Source: an uncultured Clostridia bacterium
GTDB taxonomy: Bacteria > Bacillota > Clostridia > Oscillospirales > Acutalibacteraceae
NCBI GenBank assembly: GCA_946183545.1
Contig: CAMHCD010000001.1
Coordinates: 1 to 50,032 of the forward strand
Reading direction: 5' to 3'
DNA: 50,032 nucleotides
The notes under the pieces: model-generated
What the model was told of the DNA's origin: nothing
The model's database searches: none
Seen by the model: only the letters and a program-made list of their open reading frames with translations
Program-made: the position numbers and the translations under genes
Shown here: positions 48,137 through 50,032 of the stretch, piece by piece
How the letters are laid out: each line of letters begins with the position of its first letter
Numbering within the stretch: position 1 is the stretch's first letter

Positions 48137-49183
48137 ATGAAAAGAGCCTATACCTTGGGCGGAATTTACTTTTGGATACATTTTTTGCTCGAAGTCACCT
48201 CGTATTACATACTTACTTCCGTTACTCACGATCCAAACGTATGGATACTGCTGCTCATATACGACTTTACCGCGTTTGTGCCTCAGGGCTTATTCGGCTA
48301 CCTGCGTGACCTCGGCATCCGCATTAACTTTGCGGCAATAGGCACGGCGCTAACAACGCTTGCGCTGGTGCTGACGGCATTTGACTGCAATATGTTTTTG
48401 ACCGTCACGGTGCTTTCGATCGGCAACTGTCTGGTACACGCCCACGGCGCGGAAATAACTCTGCGCTCCTCACCCGGCAAGATTACTCCCGGGGCAACCT
48501 TTGTATCGGGCGGCTCGTTCGGAGTAGTCACCGGCAAGCTGCTGTCGGTCAGCCAAGTGCACATAGCGTGGGTCTTTGGCGTTGCCGTGCTGTCGTTTGT
48601 GCTTATCTTCATTGCCGAACGGCTTAAAGACCCCGACGGCTCCGATAACCTGCGGCTGTACCGGTTCGACAACCCCAAGCTCGGCACTGCCATGGTCATC
48701 GGCTTGGCGCTGTTTGCCGTAGCGGTACGCGCCTTTATGGGCTACGGTATCCCGACTTCATGGAACAAAACCATGCTGCAAACAGTAGTATTGTTCTTCT
48801 TTATGGGGGCAGGCAAGCTGTTGGGCGGAATACTGACAGACGCTGTCGGCGTGCGAAAGACGACCGTTATCAGTACCTTAGGCGCGGTACCCTTCCTGTT
48901 GCTCGGAGCGGATATGATGTATGTATCGGTCATTGGTGTAGCCATATTCAATATGACAATGGCGGTAACACTGGCGATCCTTGTGTCGCGAATGCCGAAC
49001 CGTCCGGGAGTAGCCTTTGGTATAACCACCATAGGACTGTTCATGGGAACACTGCCGATGTTCTTTTTCCGTATCAGCTCGGCGCTCATCAACAGTATTT
49101 TGGTGATCTTATTATCTATCCTCTGCATGGTCGTACTGTATGCGATCGGCGCAAAACTTAAAACGCAAAACAATAAGGAGTGA
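48137..49183 (+). CDS. MFS-like polytopic membrane protein
   Basis: About 12 hydrophobic segments; YDFTAFVPQ..FG, GN...H..G, G.FVS.GS.G, KLLGGILTD.VG, PGVAFG; AAGGAGG RBS. Confidence 0.7.
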   Translation: MKRAYTLGGIYFWIHFLLEVTSYYILTSVTHDPNVWILLLIYDFTAFVPQGLFGYLRDLGIRINFAAIGTALTTLALVLTAFDCNMFLTVTVLSIGNCLVHAHGAEITLRSSPGKITPGATFVSGGSFGVVTGKLLSVSQVHIAWVFGVAVLSFVLIFIAERLKDPDGSDNLRLYRFDNPKLGTAMVIGLALFAVAVRAFMGYGIPTSWNKTMLQTVVLFFFMGAGKLLGGILTDAVGVRKTTVISTLGAVPFLLLGADMMYVSVIGVAIFNMTMAVTLAILVSRMPNRPGVAFGITTIGLFMGTLPMFFFRISSALINSILVILLSILCMVVLYAIGAKLKTQNNKE

Positions 49184-49187
49184 TTCA

Positions 49188-49712
49188 ATGCAGTTTCAAA
49201 TCCACGGCTTTCAAACTGCCGACGCCATTATAACCGAAACGATCCCTGAGTTTACCGTTCCCGAACCGGAGTCCACCTCTCCGGAGCAATACACAATGGA
49301 ACCGGAGACAGAACCGGAGACTACAGCGGCGCCTGTTGTTACCTCACCCCCACCGCCTCCTGTTGCAAATGAGGAAAGCAAGGTCGAAACAAAAGCCAAA
49401 AAAGAGAGCGAAAAACAGGAAACCACCAAGCAGCCGACTACCGCACAGCAGACCACGGTTACGGCTACGACTATCCAGCCCACTACAGCTCCGGTGAAGG
49501 ACAAGGGCAATAACACAATGATCAACGCTCTTTTTGTTGTTATACCGCTGTTGCTTGCCGCGATAGCCGCGTTGATCGGCTTGCTGATCGCGCAATACCG
49601 CAACAAAAAAGCAAAGGCGGCAAACCAAGGATTACCGCCCGAAAATCAGGCGGCGCCCTTTGAGAATCAGTCACAGCCCCCAAGCGACAACAATAACGGA
49701 CCCATGCAATGA
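49188..49712 (+). CDS. Pro/Thr/Glu-rich protein with a single C-terminal TM helix
   Basis: AAGGAG RBS before ATG 49188; PEPE/ETEPET, PPPPP and QPTT repeats; hydrophobic ALFVVIPLLLAAIAALIGLLIA followed by RNKK. Confidence 0.7.
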   Translation: MQFQIHGFQTADAIITETIPEFTVPEPESTSPEQYTMEPETEPETTAAPVVTSPPPPPVANEESKVETKAKKESEKQETTKQPTTAQQTTVTATTIQPTTAPVKDKGNNTMINALFVVIPLLLAAIAALIGLLIAQYRNKKAKAANQGLPPENQAAPFENQSQPPSDNNNGPMQ

Positions 49713-50032
49713 ACGGGATCGTAACCGCTCTGCTTTTAAGCTTAGTCATAACTCTGATCACAGAGCTTATCCTTGCCGTTTTGCTCGGCGTCCGGGGAAT
49801 AGACTTGGTCGTTATCGGGCTTGCCAACTGCGTGACCAATCCTATCGTAAACTACTGCTACGACTGGGCTTTGGTGCTCTCGGACAGAAACCTGATGATA
49901 TCCTCAATCTGTCTGTTTCTGCTTGAGGCTTTTGCGGTGATATGCGAAGCTCTGCTGTTCCGCGCGTTGCTGCGTTACCGAAAGATACGCCCGGTTTGGA
50001 TGTCGCTGATACTTAACGCGTCCTCCTTTTCC
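49709..50032 (+). CDS. Small integral membrane protein, 3'-truncated by window edge
   Basis: Not in the track; ATGA-coupled to the previous stop and open to the end: MNGIVTALLLSLVITLITELILAVLLG...LANCVTNPIVN...LLEAFAVICEALLF...SLILNASSF. Confidence 0.75.
   Translation, partial: MNGIVTALLLSLVITLITELILAVLLGVRGIDLVVIGLANCVTNPIVNYCYDWALVLSDRNLMISSICLFLLEAFAVICEALLFRALLRYRKIRPVWMSLILNASSFS

Noticed and set aside
49250-49500. Short direct repeats (GAACCGGAGAC x2, CAGCC.ACTAC) as a CRISPR or VNTR
   Set aside because: They are in-frame low-complexity coding repeats of the Pro/Thr-rich protein with no repeat-spacer periodicity
1-50032. CRISPR arrays, tRNA/rRNA genes, transposases, integrases, prophage genes
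   Set aside because: None recognised by eye; nearly all the sequence is accounted for by the listed CDSs and short intergenic regions

Overview
Chromosomal window from a Clostridia-like Gram-positive bacterium (T-box regulation, near-consensus sigma-A promoters; a Ruminococcaceae/Oscillospiraceae-like origin is my inference). In order it holds: (1) a sulfur-amino-acid region (3' part of metY, then a gshA-like ligase, class II amidotransferase, nadA and cysE); (2) a Trp T-box-controlled trpEGDCFBA operon; (3) a 159-bp palindromic element, mtnN, a YbjQ-family gene, and an ABC exporter divergent from a small peptide ORF; (4) a GGDEF(degenerate)-EAL phosphodiesterase; (5) a ~16-kb surface-glycan locus (GNAT, 10 glycosyltransferases, YdjC deacetylase, Wzy/ligase-like membrane protein, Wzm/Wzt); (6) a three-gene operon that is the best novelty candidate; (7) a phosphorelay cluster (APC-permease-fused hybrid kinase, REC-GGDEF-EAL, Hpt, SBP hybrid kinase) and three membrane-protein genes at the right edge. 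The candidate operon encodes a MotA/ExbB/ZorA-type channel subunit fused to a degenerate EAL domain, a MotB/ZorB-type partner (WxSFxD helix) carrying four SpaA/CnaB-like Ig repeats and a second membrane anchor instead of an OmpA domain, and a polysaccharide co-polymerase fused to a pseudokinase. No CRISPR array, tRNA, rRNA or transposase was seen. All family calls come from reading motifs by eye, not from database searches.
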